Counted from the stretch's first letter, positions 25,616-35,310 are shown. The stretch: DNA of 64,000 nt from an uncultured Acidobacteriaceae bacterium (GCA_963703685.1 CAVPFI010000007.1:3662-67661); one strand, 5' to 3'. A program made the numbers and translations. The notes: a model not told the origin generated them from the letters alone.

Positions 25616-27158
25616 CTACCCCACCACCAAACTCCCCACCTCCACCGTCCTCTTCCGCCCCACCCGCCCCGCATCCTCTCGCCGCACCGCCAGCGCAATC
25701 GCCATCGCCATCACGCAATCGTCATGCGCTCCCTCGGCGGCCGCTCCATGTCCATCGGCATGCCGCACAAATGTCCTAAGCTCTCCTAACAATCGCGGAC
25801 TATGAAACAACTCCGGTTTCTCGATCAGCACTGCCGCCAGGTTCTCGATCATCGCCGGCCGCGTCACCACCGACGTCAGCCATCCCTCCTGCCCGCCCTG
25901 ATGAAAAATGTTCTCGTAATGCAAATCCTTCAAATGCGCCAGCACGCCGTATCCATGATTATTCCGTTCCACCGCCACCAGCGCATTTCCATACTCGTGA
26001 CCGAGCGCCACCACTCGCCGCGCCAGTTCAAACGGAGGAAAATGCCCACGCAACTCCGCACATTGCAGCCCGATCATTCGGTCAATCACCTGCACGCACC
26101 CGTAGTCCCCCTCCGACCCGCCGCCCGACGTGTCCACTCCAATGATGTACTGTCGCTGCCCCCCCAGACTCGGCGGAAGCCACACCAACATCCTTCCATT
26201 ATCCTTGGACTCGAACGGTGGCGACGCTCGCCCCGCGGCCGCGTCAACTGCCTCCATATCAAACACGCATTCTCCCGATGCCAAAAAACAAGACACTGCG
26301 TCTTCCGCATACTCCTGGCCCGCCAGTCCCCGCAGAACCTGCCACCGCGCCCGCCGCCACGCGATCTGTTCATTACTCAGCCCATGCCGCTTCATCAATT
26401 CTTTTTCTTCATCGGTAAACGGAAGCCCGACTTTTTTTCGGAAAATCCTCTTTATAAGACGGCTCATACCACCAGGGAAAAAAGTGTTGCGTGTATCCCG
26501 TCTCCGCCGCCTTTTGCCATTCCTCGTAAAACAATCCCGCCGCCCCATTCGCCGTCGACTCCAGCACAATCTCTCCGTCTGGCACCACCGCCGCCCGCAA
26601 CGACGCCAGCGTTTCCCCGCCGCCACGCGGCCAGCGGGAGACCTCCGAGCAATGTAAATTGTGGATGGTCATCCCGCGGCCCGCATTGTCATCCGCCGTT
26701 TCCACCCGGTACTCGCTGTCGAGTTTTGGAAACACAATCTGGCGGACGTTTGAGCGCGACTTCACCAGCGCTCCTCGATGCACCCGATTGTTGGGCAGTT
26801 TTTCCCAAAATCGATGCACGATGTTAAAAATCGCCTGTGCCGATTCCTCACTGTGCGCCACCTGCACGGTCAACGTCCCCGGCCGCGTAATCGTCTGCAT
26901 GAAATACCGCGCCGCAATATAAGTCGTGATCCCCACTTGCCGTGCCTTCAACACAATGTTCCGCTTGCTGCATCGTCGCGAATACTCCTGCTGCGCCCGG
27001 TTCAACTTCAGATATCTCAATCCGCCCTTCTTGATGCGAATCTTCAGCATCTTCCGGATCAGCAGATCCCGTATCGTCTGCTCCTTCGACCAATGATCCA
27101 GAAACGGCCCGAATTGTTCCACCAACTGAAGATCAGTCCACACAATGCCATCCCTCAA
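25616..27158 (-). CDS. terL: terminase large subunit, interrupted by a frameshift in an A7 run
   Basis: The 249-aa ORF holds the ATPase half (NIVLKARQVGITTY Walker A, ESTANGAAGLFYEEW, HFFPWWYEPSY). The 336-aa ORF holds the nuclease half (IIGVDTSGGGSEGDYG.., HDDCVMAMAIAL). The frames meet at T7/A7 26432-26438; removing one A gives ..KEDFPKKVGLPFTDEEK.. Confidence 0.8.
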
Positions 27159-27165
27159 TTAATCC

Positions 27166-27275
27166 GGGTGCCTCACCCTTGTCGCGTCATTTGCGACAGG
27201 GGTGGGGTTTTGACTTTCCCCGCACCGCCTCGGGTACCCCAGGTCTCGCCGATTTTGCGAGACCTGGGAATCTCG
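27166..27275. repeat. two tandem Family-A repeats upstream of the terminase
   Basis: GGGTGCCTCACCCTTGTCGCGTCATTTGCGACAGGGGTGGGGTTTTGAC and GGGTACCCCAGGTCTCGCCGATTTTGCGAGACCTGGGAATCTCG. Confidence 0.75.
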
Positions 27276-27330
27276 TATATCCGACTCCGCCACTCTTGCC
27301 AGAAAACTTGGCACAGGACGTGAAGTATTC

Positions 27331-28005
27331 CTACTTCAACAATCCCGCCGTAGCCCACCGCGCAATCTTCCCGTGCATATGAATCTGAAGTCCCCCCGTC
27401 GCCCGGTCCAGTCCCGCATTCCCCGTCTTCGCAGTTAACGTCGCATTAAACGAAGAGACAAATTCCCTCGCCGTCAACGGCATTTGAGGCTGCCCCATCC
27501 TGGCCGCGTTCTTTGCGGCTACGGTGGGAGTCTCAGCCTTCCCACTCACCAGCGGCACGATCGCCGCCAGCGATTGCACCTCCGACAGCACGATCCCCAC
27601 CACGGCCGTCACCTTAGCCTGCGTCGCCGCATCCTGAATGTGCAGCGCCGGCAACAATCCTTGCAGACTAGCCTGCACCGCTCCTATCGCCGCCTGAATC
27701 TGATTGAGAATTCCCGGCTGCGCCGTCGCATCCGCTTTCTGATACGCCGCAATCAGCGACTGCACCAGCTGCAGATCCGCTCCCGCCTGCGTCCCCGCTT
27801 TCTGAATCGTTTCTAAATCTGCCGCTGAAACACTCTTCCCTTGCAGCGCCGCCACCAGCGTAATAATATTTGCCGCTGCCGGAATCAGCGCCGCCACAAT
27901 CTGCTCTGCCTCTCCAATCCACGCCGTCGAACATCCGCCCAGGGTAATCGTCAGGCACAACACCAGCGCCAAAGCCACTTTCACCAAAGTAAAGTTATTC
28001 TTCAT
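27331..28005 (-). CDS. lipoprotein, alpha-helical and Ala/Gln-rich, containing an in-frame Family-A repeat
   Basis: MKNNFTLVKVALALVLCLTITLGGC has a lipobox (ATG at 28005, GGAGG RBS). The peptide VAAKNAARMGQP is encoded by the repeat at 27488-27538. Confidence 0.65.
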   Translation of the reverse strand: MKNNFTLVKVALALVLCLTITLGGCSTAWIGEAEQIVAALIPAAANIITLVAALQGKSVSAADLETIQKAGTQAGADLQLVQSLIAAYQKADATAQPGILNQIQAAIGAVQASLQGLLPALHIQDAATQAKVTAVVGIVLSEVQSLAAIVPLVSGKAETPTVAAKNAARMGQPQMPLTAREFVSSFNATLTAKTGNAGLDRATGGLQIHMHGKIARWATAGLLK

Positions 28006-28162
28006 ATCGATTCCTCCATGTAATTTTTCGATCGTTCTCTTAACTCGCAAATACACTCCAGCGCCGTGACCGAAATTCAGTCACCGCCGGGACAAGCCTG
28101 AATTATTTTGGGATCGCCCTGCCGCTAAGAACTGCTAACTCTAGAGTCGTTTGTCTTGATAG

Positions 28163-28226
28163 GGCGCGGCTTGTAGCCGCGCCGTAAATCAAGAAAATGA
28201 ATGACGGCTTTAGCCGCTGAGGGAGC
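28163..28226. repeat. Family-D repeat
   Basis: GGGCGCGGCTTGTAGCCGCGCCGTAAATCAAGAAAATGAATGACGGCTTTAGCCGCTGAGGGAG, near-identical to 10037-10100. Confidence 0.75.
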
Positions 28227-31200
28227 CTAAGGCGCCAACCTCACGATGAACACATCTCCCCGCCCGTTGCCCGAACCTTGGCACGTATAAACCACGCCAT
28301 TGGAATCCGTAACCGCGTTTCCTGCGCTTCCGGAGTTGCATACAAACCAGGTTGGCGGTGTCGCCGAGCTCGTCCCCCCAACCGTGATTTTGTATACCCC
28401 ATAATTAGTTCCACCGCCGCCCGGCGCGCTGAACGGATTCACGTACTGCCCCGTGCTGTAGACCGCGCCTCCAACCCACGGGGCCCCGCACAGAGAGGAA
28501 CTTCCGCCCGCAATACTGCCCAGCGTGCAATTCCAATCCGACGAGAAAGCCAAAAACTTCCCATCCGTCGATTCCTGGCTGATGGCAAACTGCACATCCA
28601 AGAAAGCGTTGCTTCCTGTATTGAATTCGTGCGTGAAACGCCAGGGCGCGTTTTGTCCCACCGGACTGGCGCCGCTGGCCCATCTCGGAGACGTGGGCAC
28701 GCAGATCACTTCTCCTTGAAAAGGAGCGTAGGGAACCGGAGACAACGTTTCATAGTTGAAAATACTTCCGCAAACCGGAGAAGCGTCGGCGCCTCCCGGA
28801 TTGTATGCAGCACTAAGATGCGAATCATAGGCATTCGCAAATTCACACGGAGGATTCGTATAAGTGATCCCCACCGCATACGCTCTACTATCACATGGTG
28901 TTGGCTGCCAACTGATCAGCGTATCCCCCAACGTATACGGATTCGCCGACTGGTAGACATCGAGATAAGCTCCGGTGGCATATCCAAATGTGCCAACCGG
29001 ACAAGCCGATCCTCCAATGCTGTTGTCCAGGCAGCCTTGGCCATTGTCAAACAGACGACCATTGCCCATGGCGTAATGGTTGAGTCCCGCGCGGTACATG
29101 TTGATCCCGGACGACCCGGACGAGAGCAGATTGACGGCAAATACATCTCCACGGCAGTTGCCGCTGGAGCCAGTTGTGCAGGTAGCCGAACCAGTCGTTG
29201 ATCCTAGAGTGGATTGCCAGTCGGAAGTAAACAAAAACCACCGCCCGGTCTGCGACATGGCACCGATCGCCTCATCGGTGGTGAAGTCCGGATTCGCCGC
29301 GGTATTTTCGGTCGAAGCAAATCTCCATGGATTCCAAGCTCCATAGGTCGGGGTAAAGCAAAGAATCTCATTGGACCACGCCTTCGTGGTCCCCCCCGCA
29401 ACAAAGGTAGAACCGCAAAATGGCCATGAATCGTTGAGCTCATTCCAGCCGAAGTGCATGTCTAGGCCAGACTGAATCCCGCCACTTGGCAGAGCATAGG
29501 TGAGACCGGTTGGAGTCGGACACGTCCCAATCGTGCAGATGTTAATAAATTTTGGGATACCGTTCCCTGGATTGTTAACCCACTGAAGCAGTCCCTGTGT
29601 GTCGTGCCCTCCGCATTCCGCTGGCGAGATTTCACACAGAGAGAACAGGCTTCCGGTCAAAAAGGAGGCGGCGTAGTTCCACTCGAAATACGAACTGCCG
29701 GAGCAATTCGACGCCGAGGTCCAATCCAACCACCCCTGCGACCCTCCAACCTTGCCGAGTTTGGCGTTGTGAAGATAAGCAGAGCACGGCGTTCCAGAAA
29801 TCGCTCCCGTGGGTCCCCAATCTCCCGCCACTGCGTCAGTGACAGTGTTGAGCACGCGCACGCCAGAACCGACTCGATACACCGCAACATATTGCGCTCC
29901 TTGATCGCCCTGGGTTCCCGTGCCGATGTTCGTCCACGTACATGTTCCATCCGAGGTAGTCCCCGCCACCGTTTGATTCCACGGATTCGGCTCGGTTGAT
30001 CCGCTCGTGCAGTTCGAGGAAATCTGGTAGAGATAAGAACCGGAGTTATGTAAGCTGGGAAAAATGATCGAGGCGGAGATAACTCCGGTCACATAGCCGC
30101 TCGCGCTATAAGCGTTGCTGGCGGTCCAATCCGGGCCGCCGCCGAAACCAACCGCGAAGTCAGAATCGCCCTGCGTAAGACTTCCAGTCGTGGAATAGCT
30201 CACGCGAAATCCCGATCCCAAACCATTCGCGGAACTGGTGAAGTTGTAAACGGTCGTCGGGCTAGGCGGCGTACAGGTCGCGCAATTGCCGGCGAAGTTG
30301 TAGGACTCGATGGTGGACCCGCTCAAAACGTAGAGCAGATTATTCCTCGCTGGACAAACTCGGCTCCAGCCGATCACTGCTGCCCCGGTCACGAAACCAT
30401 TCGTTGAGCTCAAGGTCGTGCTATACATCCGCGGGTTCGAGGAGAAATTAAAATTCAGTGGATAGGACCAGCCTCCCGTGTTCGAGACCACGATCATCGA
30501 ATCGTCGCAACTGAAGAGATTCTCTTCGCCTGAGCCCGAGGCCGTGGTGTTGATAGTGTAGTACTGATTTGTCGGCTGGTTCGTGCTGGAATCCGTAATC
30601 CGATAAATGGTGGTACCAAAATTCGGGTCGGTAAAACTGGTTCCGGCACCCGTTAAATTCCCGCAGGCATTCAGCGATCCTGTGCAGGGGTTGGGGCCAA
30701 CCTGCGGGGGAACCGATGGCAACGTAACAGCATTCAGATCCGTACGCGCGCAGTAATTGGGCGGCCCGCAAGAAGCGAAGCTGGCAAACGGATTCCAGAC
30801 GTAGTTGTTGCCGGTGTCGCATCCATTCGATCCAATAAGGTTCGCCTGCACCCCGATCGAGACGTAGGTCATCGCGTAGCTGCCGCGGTTGTCCCGGGTA
30901 AAGAAGCCGCACCCTCCGCTGGTCAGCGCCGGATAAGAGCCCGCCGGATTCATGGCAAACGTTCCGCCCGAGCAGTTGTAGCCCGTCCCTCCACTACAGG
31001 TGGTTACCGACTGCCATCCAGTCGTGGTGTTTAAGGTCACATACTCATTCAGGGCGGAGCTGTAACAGATCTCCCAGTTCCCCGAGCCCTGCGTGCCATT
31101 GATATTGGAGTAGCTCGCGTTGTAACCGTACACATTGGTTGAGGTCGTTTGACAGAACCGTGTCCCGTCATAAGACACGCCAGCGAAGCTTTCGTAAGCC

Positions 31201-33839
31201 GGACCAATCGCGACTCCGGTATTAGTCCAGGTCAATGACCCATCCGCAACGGTAGTCATTAAATCAGGATGGCCGGTGGCCGCCGGAATGAAAGCCGGCA
31301 CAGAAGACCCCGAGGTACCGCTGGCGCTCGTCAGTTGATAGGTGAAAACCGGAGGCCCTCCCAGACTTTCCCACGCCGCCGTGCCATCAGAATAGGCACC
31401 CCACGAAGTTGTATGGCACGGGCTACCCGCCGTGCTCCAGATCGGCTCCGAAGAGCTCGTCGTTCCCGCAGTCACCAACTTAAACGAGCAGCCCACGGGA
31501 TTGTTCAGCACTGGAAGAATAATGTCGCCCGCCGCATAAAACGCGTAACTTGCCTGCCAGTCCGGAGCCTGCGACTGAATAAAATTCACATCGTCCAGAT
31601 ACTCCGTCGCCGTCCCACCGCTCCCGTTAAGGTCGATCTGAAATTGAATCCCGGAAGTCTCCGCCCACCCGCTCGGCAAAGGTCCCGCCGGTTCCGTGAG
31701 ATTAATTTGGTGCACCGTTCCGTCGATCGTCAGACTGTCGTAATGCATGCACGGCCAACCGGCTGTGCAGGACACGTCTCCAGCCACGCGATGCACGTTC
31801 CAAGTGAGGTGATGCCAGGTCCCCGTCGACAGACTACAGGCCAGCGATGTTGGCACCCAAGTCCCCAGATACTGATTAAAAATATCCCACACCCCGCCAA
31901 TCACGCATTGCGTGCCGAACATGAACTCCGTACCTGTCCCCCCGATATAAATAAACTGGAACATATCGTACTCGAGTTCCCCCACATTGCTTTCCGAAGG
32001 AACATAGACTTCGTAGTCTCCGGTAAATTGCGTGGCCTTGTCATCCGCTCCAGGCTTGTTGATGAAAAGCGCATTGGAATTGGCCGTGCCCGTGATGCTG
32101 ATTTGCATCGCCTCCCCATCCAACGAAGGCGTCGAATTGTTGACAGTCTGCGTTCCGGCAGGCGTTCCCGACCCTCCCGGATTACACGACGGCAACACGC
32201 AAATCGACCAGTTAGTAAGACTGTCATCCAGACTGCTGGTCGTATTTACTTCGCTATAAGTAACATACTGCCCGCTGGTATAACTATGGCTCGGCTGCCA
32301 TGCCGCCACCAACGACCCCATCGGAAGTCCGTATTGAAAATCAACCTCCGGGGCGCCGGTAATTCCCACGCCCCCACCTACACCGACCGTGAATGTCCCT
32401 GTAGACGAGTTGATCGTGTAGGGCGTGACTTGCGTGCTATTAGTGGCTCCATGATAGATAGCAGTGTTCGTCCAGTCGAAGTATCCGGAGCCGAAATTAA
32501 AGCTGGAACTGCTCGATCCAGGATTTGATTGATTCAAATTCGCAGCGATCGCCGGGCTGCAGACCAGCGTCGTAGGATTGAAGGGAACAATCCAGTTGTC
32601 TCCTTGATTGTCGTTCACGTGCAGCAGCGTGTCATTCGCATTAAACAGCGGTGCGGCATCGCCAGAACCTTGGAGCCCCGCTGATTTGCTTGCATTCGGC
32701 GAGGTTCCAGAGGCCGCCGTCGCCCCGTCCGTGCACCGCACTACGGGGCTCGGAGTTCCGCTCGGAAAAGACGTGTCATAAAAAACCGACCCGTTCTTCG
32801 TCAGTCCTCCCATATTCGGGACCGCAGGCCAATCTACAATGCCCGTACCGGTATATGCACAGTAGTTAGGAGGCTCGCACGGACTCGACACTTCACCTAT
32901 CGTGAAGTGCGAACTTGTCGGCGGAGTCGCTCCATAGATCGAGTACCCCGCAAACACATGCGCTCCAATCTCCCACCCACTCCCGTAGCTGTTCTGATTC
33001 ATCCCATTAATGTCGATCTGATATGCCGTCCCCAGATTTTCTCCCGCATCCACCACCGGAGACTTCGCCGTCGGTCGAAAGTCAACCACCATGCTCGAAG
33101 CCGGCGACTTGTAATAGAAACTCCCGTCCGTTCCAGCCTCAAGCGTTCCGCTCGTCAGCCAGTTCACCAGTCCCGTGTTCGTCTTGATCGTCGCCCCGCT
33201 GTTCTGCAGATCCTGCATCAGATTCGTGATCTCACTCCCACCCACCGGATCGTTATTCACCAGTTCATTCAAATGCCAGAAAATGCCCCACGGTACGCCC
33301 CACAGCATCTGTTTCCACACCAGCGCCTGCACCTTCTGATTCAACGCCGCCGGCGCGATCCCCATCCATGTCGGATTCACTCCAAAGCTGGTCACATTCT
33401 GTACATCGAACCCGCTTGCATACGTGTCCTTCACACCCAGATCTTCCTTGAGCGCCCCACGCGCGCCGCCATAAGGCACGCCCGCCGTAATCCCCTGCAT
33501 CGTCGGCGTCTCATATCCGCCGGGATAAACATACACCGGAGTCACCGGCAGTCCCGTCAGGTTTGTCGTCATCCACTGCCGCGACAACGTGATTTCATCC
33601 GACGTGAGTCGCGTCGCATCCAACTGCATGTGATACACCGCGCTCTTCACGTCCTGCGGACTCACATCCGCCAAATCCTGCGCCAATAGCGCCGACTCCG
33701 TGTTATACGAACATCCAGTCCCATATGGCCCCTGGCACACAGTAATCTCCGTAGCCGTGAACTTTCCGGTTGCCAGCAGCGCTAGCCGTAACGCCTTGAT
33801 TGTTCCCTGCGCCTGACCTTGCGCCAGGTTATAACTCAC
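28227..33839 (-). CDS. giant Cys/Trp/Gly/Thr-rich secreted carbohydrate-active-like protein; probably the C-terminal 1,870 aa of a larger protein
   Basis: The N-terminus carries the distal NodB-deacetylase-like motifs (VYVYPGGYETP; VPWGIFWHLNEL). A lectin/jelly-roll-like segment (..EYDMFQFIYIGGTGTEFMFG..TWHHLTWNVH..) follows. The module starts CEPPNYCAYTG and CGPPNYCARTD precede ..FTDPNFGTTIYRITD propeller-like regions. Confidence 0.75.
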   Translation of the reverse strand: MSYNLAQGQAQGTIKALRLALLATGKFTATEITVCQGPYGTGCSYNTESALLAQDLADVSPQDVKSAVYHMQLDATRLTSDEITLSRQWMTTNLTGLPVTPVYVYPGGYETPTMQGITAGVPYGGARGALKEDLGVKDTYASGFDVQNVTSFGVNPTWMGIAPAALNQKVQALVWKQMLWGVPWGIFWHLNELVNNDPVGGSEITNLMQDLQNSGATIKTNTGLVNWLTSGTLEAGTDGSFYYKSPASSMVVDFRPTAKSPVVDAGENLGTAYQIDINGMNQNSYGSGWEIGAHVFAGYSIYGATPPTSSHFTIGEVSSPCEPPNYCAYTGTGIVDWPAVPNMGGLTKNGSVFYDTSFPSGTPSPVVRCTDGATAASGTSPNASKSAGLQGSGDAAPLFNANDTLLHVNDNQGDNWIVPFNPTTLVCSPAIAANLNQSNPGSSSSSFNFGSGYFDWTNTAIYHGATNSTQVTPYTINSSTGTFTVGVGGGVGITGAPEVDFQYGLPMGSLVAAWQPSHSYTSGQYVTYSEVNTTSSLDDSLTNWSICVLPSCNPGGSGTPAGTQTVNNSTPSLDGEAMQISITGTANSNALFINKPGADDKATQFTGDYEVYVPSESNVGELEYDMFQFIYIGGTGTEFMFGTQCVIGGVWDIFNQYLGTWVPTSLACSLSTGTWHHLTWNVHRVAGDVSCTAGWPCMHYDSLTIDGTVHQINLTEPAGPLPSGWAETSGIQFQIDLNGSGGTATEYLDDVNFIQSQAPDWQASYAFYAAGDIILPVLNNPVGCSFKLVTAGTTSSSEPIWSTAGSPCHTTSWGAYSDGTAAWESLGGPPVFTYQLTSASGTSGSSVPAFIPAATGHPDLMTTVADGSLTWTNTGVAIGPAYESFAGVSYDGTRFCQTTSTNVYGYNASYSNINGTQGSGNWEICYSSALNEYVTLNTTTGWQSVTTCSGGTGYNCSGGTFAMNPAGSYPALTSGGCGFFTRDNRGSYAMTYVSIGVQANLIGSNGCDTGNNYVWNPFASFASCGPPNYCARTDLNAVTLPSVPPQVGPNPCTGSLNACGNLTGAGTSFTDPNFGTTIYRITDSSTNQPTNQYYTINTTASGSGEENLFSCDDSMIVVSNTGGWSYPLNFNFSSNPRMYSTTLSSTNGFVTGAAVIGWSRVCPARNNLLYVLSGSTIESYNFAGNCATCTPPSPTTVYNFTSSANGLGSGFRVSYSTTGSLTQGDSDFAVGFGGGPDWTASNAYSASGYVTGVISASIIFPSLHNSGSYLYQISSNCTSGSTEPNPWNQTVAGTTSDGTCTWTNIGTGTQGDQGAQYVAVYRVGSGVRVLNTVTDAVAGDWGPTGAISGTPCSAYLHNAKLGKVGGSQGWLDWTSASNCSGSSYFEWNYAASFLTGSLFSLCEISPAECGGHDTQGLLQWVNNPGNGIPKFINICTIGTCPTPTGLTYALPSGGIQSGLDMHFGWNELNDSWPFCGSTFVAGGTTKAWSNEILCFTPTYGAWNPWRFASTENTAANPDFTTDEAIGAMSQTGRWFLFTSDWQSTLGSTTGSATCTTGSSGNCRGDVFAVNLLSSGSSGINMYRAGLNHYAMGNGRLFDNGQGCLDNSIGGSACPVGTFGYATGAYLDVYQSANPYTLGDTLISWQPTPCDSRAYAVGITYTNPPCEFANAYDSHLSAAYNPGGADASPVCGSIFNYETLSPVPYAPFQGEVICVPTSPRWASGASPVGQNAPWRFTHEFNTGSNAFLDVQFAISQESTDGKFLAFSSDWNCTLGSIAGGSSSLCGAPWVGGAVYSTGQYVNPFSAPGGGGTNYGVYKITVGGTSSATPPTWFVCNSGSAGNAVTDSNGVVYTCQGSGNGRGDVFIVRLAP

Positions 33840-35193
33840 GCTGTCTACCGCTCCTGTTACGCGTAATGGTCAGCGTCTTCCCACTAATGCTCATCGACGC
33901 TGCCGTTCCCGTTCCGGTGTACTGAATTTCCAGCGCATCGGTATTTGTATAATACGTATGCGACATCGAATGCGACGTCACATCCCGCCCCGCATTCACC
34001 CATCCCTGAAATTCCGACACCAGCGTCTGCGCCAGCGGATACCCCACCGTAATCGCCGCTCCCACCGGTACTCCCAACCCATCCGCAATCGGCAGCACCG
34101 TATTCGCGTAATACGTATCCGCTCCGGCCGTCATTCCCGCATCGTCCACCGTCAACGTCACCTGCGCCGGATACCTCTGCCACGCCTGCACCGCCGGCGC
34201 GGTGTCCTGAGCAACATTACCCGCTCCCGCCACCGGACCCGTCCCGCTCGTCCACTCCACATCCGTCGATCCCGCCACCGCCAAACTTGACGCATAAAAA
34301 TGACAGTATGAATAAGTTACAGCTGCGGTATTGTCGACCAGCGCCCCGTCGCGATTCCCATATGCCTTGTCATTCACCATCGTGATCGCGGTCGCCGCTC
34401 CATCAAAGCGGAATCCGTCGTAATTCATATGCGCTTCCGAGTTGTAGATCTTGATATCCCCCGGCCCCGGCGCGCTCTCGTTCACATAAAATCCCAGCGG
34501 TTGCGTCCCTTGCGGGATCATGGAGTCGACTTCCATATTCGCGAAGACCAGATGATCGCTCGCCCCCTGCACATACACGCCATATTGATCGAACCAGTCC
34601 ACCAGCAAATGCTGAAATGTAAGCCATGACTTTCCATTGACGTTGATCACCGGCGTATTACTCAACGCCATCGGCACAATCGGCCCGCTATAGTAGTTAG
34701 CTGGAGTGCCCACTGAGAAAACATAAATAAATCCGTTCGCCAGATAAAAATCCCACTGCGCCGTAAGATTCGACGTCGATGCAGCCACCTTCTGTCCCCA
34801 CACCGATCCGAACAAACAAAAATTAACCGTAGAAAAAGTCGCAGGCACCGCCGCCTTCCACGCATTCCCTGTCACCAGCACCCACGGCGACGAAGGCACC
34901 GCGTAGTATCCGGTCAAATTCGGTGGCGCCCCCATCCCATAGGCGTCAAACGTAATCGGATTTCCTGCAGCCCCCGAAGAACCCGGCGTCAAACTCTCAT
35001 TCCAAACATCTCCCCGACGAAACAAAATCGAATCTCCCGGCAAGAAGGCCTGCGCATTCACCTTAGCCACCGTTTGCCAGGCCGCACCCGACGAAGTCCC
35101 CGCATTCGAATCGCTCCCCGCGCTCGAACTCACGTAGTAAGTAGTCGCCGACGCCGAACTCAACAAACACGCGAAGACGCCACACATCAACAT
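33829..35193 (-). CDS. secreted right-handed beta-helix protein with the proximal half of a NodB polysaccharide-deacetylase domain
   Basis: Signal peptide MLMCGVFACLLSSASA (an alternative start at 35217 lies in a repeat). TTYYVSSSAGSDSNAGTS..AWQTVAKVN..PGDSILFRRGDVW is typical of pectate-lyase-fold N-termini. C-terminus has TLTVDDAG and SHSMSH (NodB motifs 1-2). Overlaps the next ORF by 11 nt. Confidence 0.7.
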   Translation of the reverse strand: MLMCGVFACLLSSASATTYYVSSSAGSDSNAGTSSGAAWQTVAKVNAQAFLPGDSILFRRGDVWNESLTPGSSGAAGNPITFDAYGMGAPPNLTGYYAVPSSPWVLVTGNAWKAAVPATFSTVNFCLFGSVWGQKVAASTSNLTAQWDFYLANGFIYVFSVGTPANYYSGPIVPMALSNTPVINVNGKSWLTFQHLLVDWFDQYGVYVQGASDHLVFANMEVDSMIPQGTQPLGFYVNESAPGPGDIKIYNSEAHMNYDGFRFDGAATAITMVNDKAYGNRDGALVDNTAAVTYSYCHFYASSLAVAGSTDVEWTSGTGPVAGAGNVAQDTAPAVQAWQRYPAQVTLTVDDAGMTAGADTYYANTVLPIADGLGVPVGAAITVGYPLAQTLVSEFQGWVNAGRDVTSHSMSHTYYTNTDALEIQYTGTGTAASMSISGKTLTITRNRSGRQREL

Positions 35194-35211
35194 TGTGTTC
35201 CTGACTAGCCT

Positions 35212-35310
35212 TGTCATCCTGAACAGCCCTGTCATTCTGAGCGGACCTGTCATCCTGAGCGGAGCGGGACGATTCGCAAAGCGAATCGCCCCGCGCCGTC
35301 GAAGGATTCC
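35212..35310. repeat. Family-B repeat with a triplicated 5' arm
   Basis: TGTCATCCTGAAC..TGTCATTCTGAGCGG..TGTCATCCTGAGCGG, then hairpin GCGGGACGATTCGC aaa GCGAATCGCCCCGC, then GTCGAAGGATTCC. Confidence 0.8.

Larger units (their letters stand above)
11772..27158 (-). mobile_element. phage-like morphogenesis gene cluster (cryptic prophage, or a domesticated GTA- or tailocin-like element)
   Basis: Co-linear minus-strand order: terminase, portal, protease-like, scaffold, capsid, neck, tube-like, large tail protein, holin-like. Several ATGA stop/start overlaps. No integrase, replication or tape-measure genes seen. Confidence 0.7.

Noticed and set aside
26432-26438. Programmed ribosomal frameshift in the terminase
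   Set aside because: Joining the two halves needs a +1 shift on an A7 run. Known slippery A-runs promote -1 shifts, and terminases are not known to use recoding. An indel is the simpler explanation.
31269-32528. 419-aa plus-strand ORF
   Set aside because: It is antisense to the 1,870-aa gene. Its extremely Arg-rich translation is a shadow ORF.
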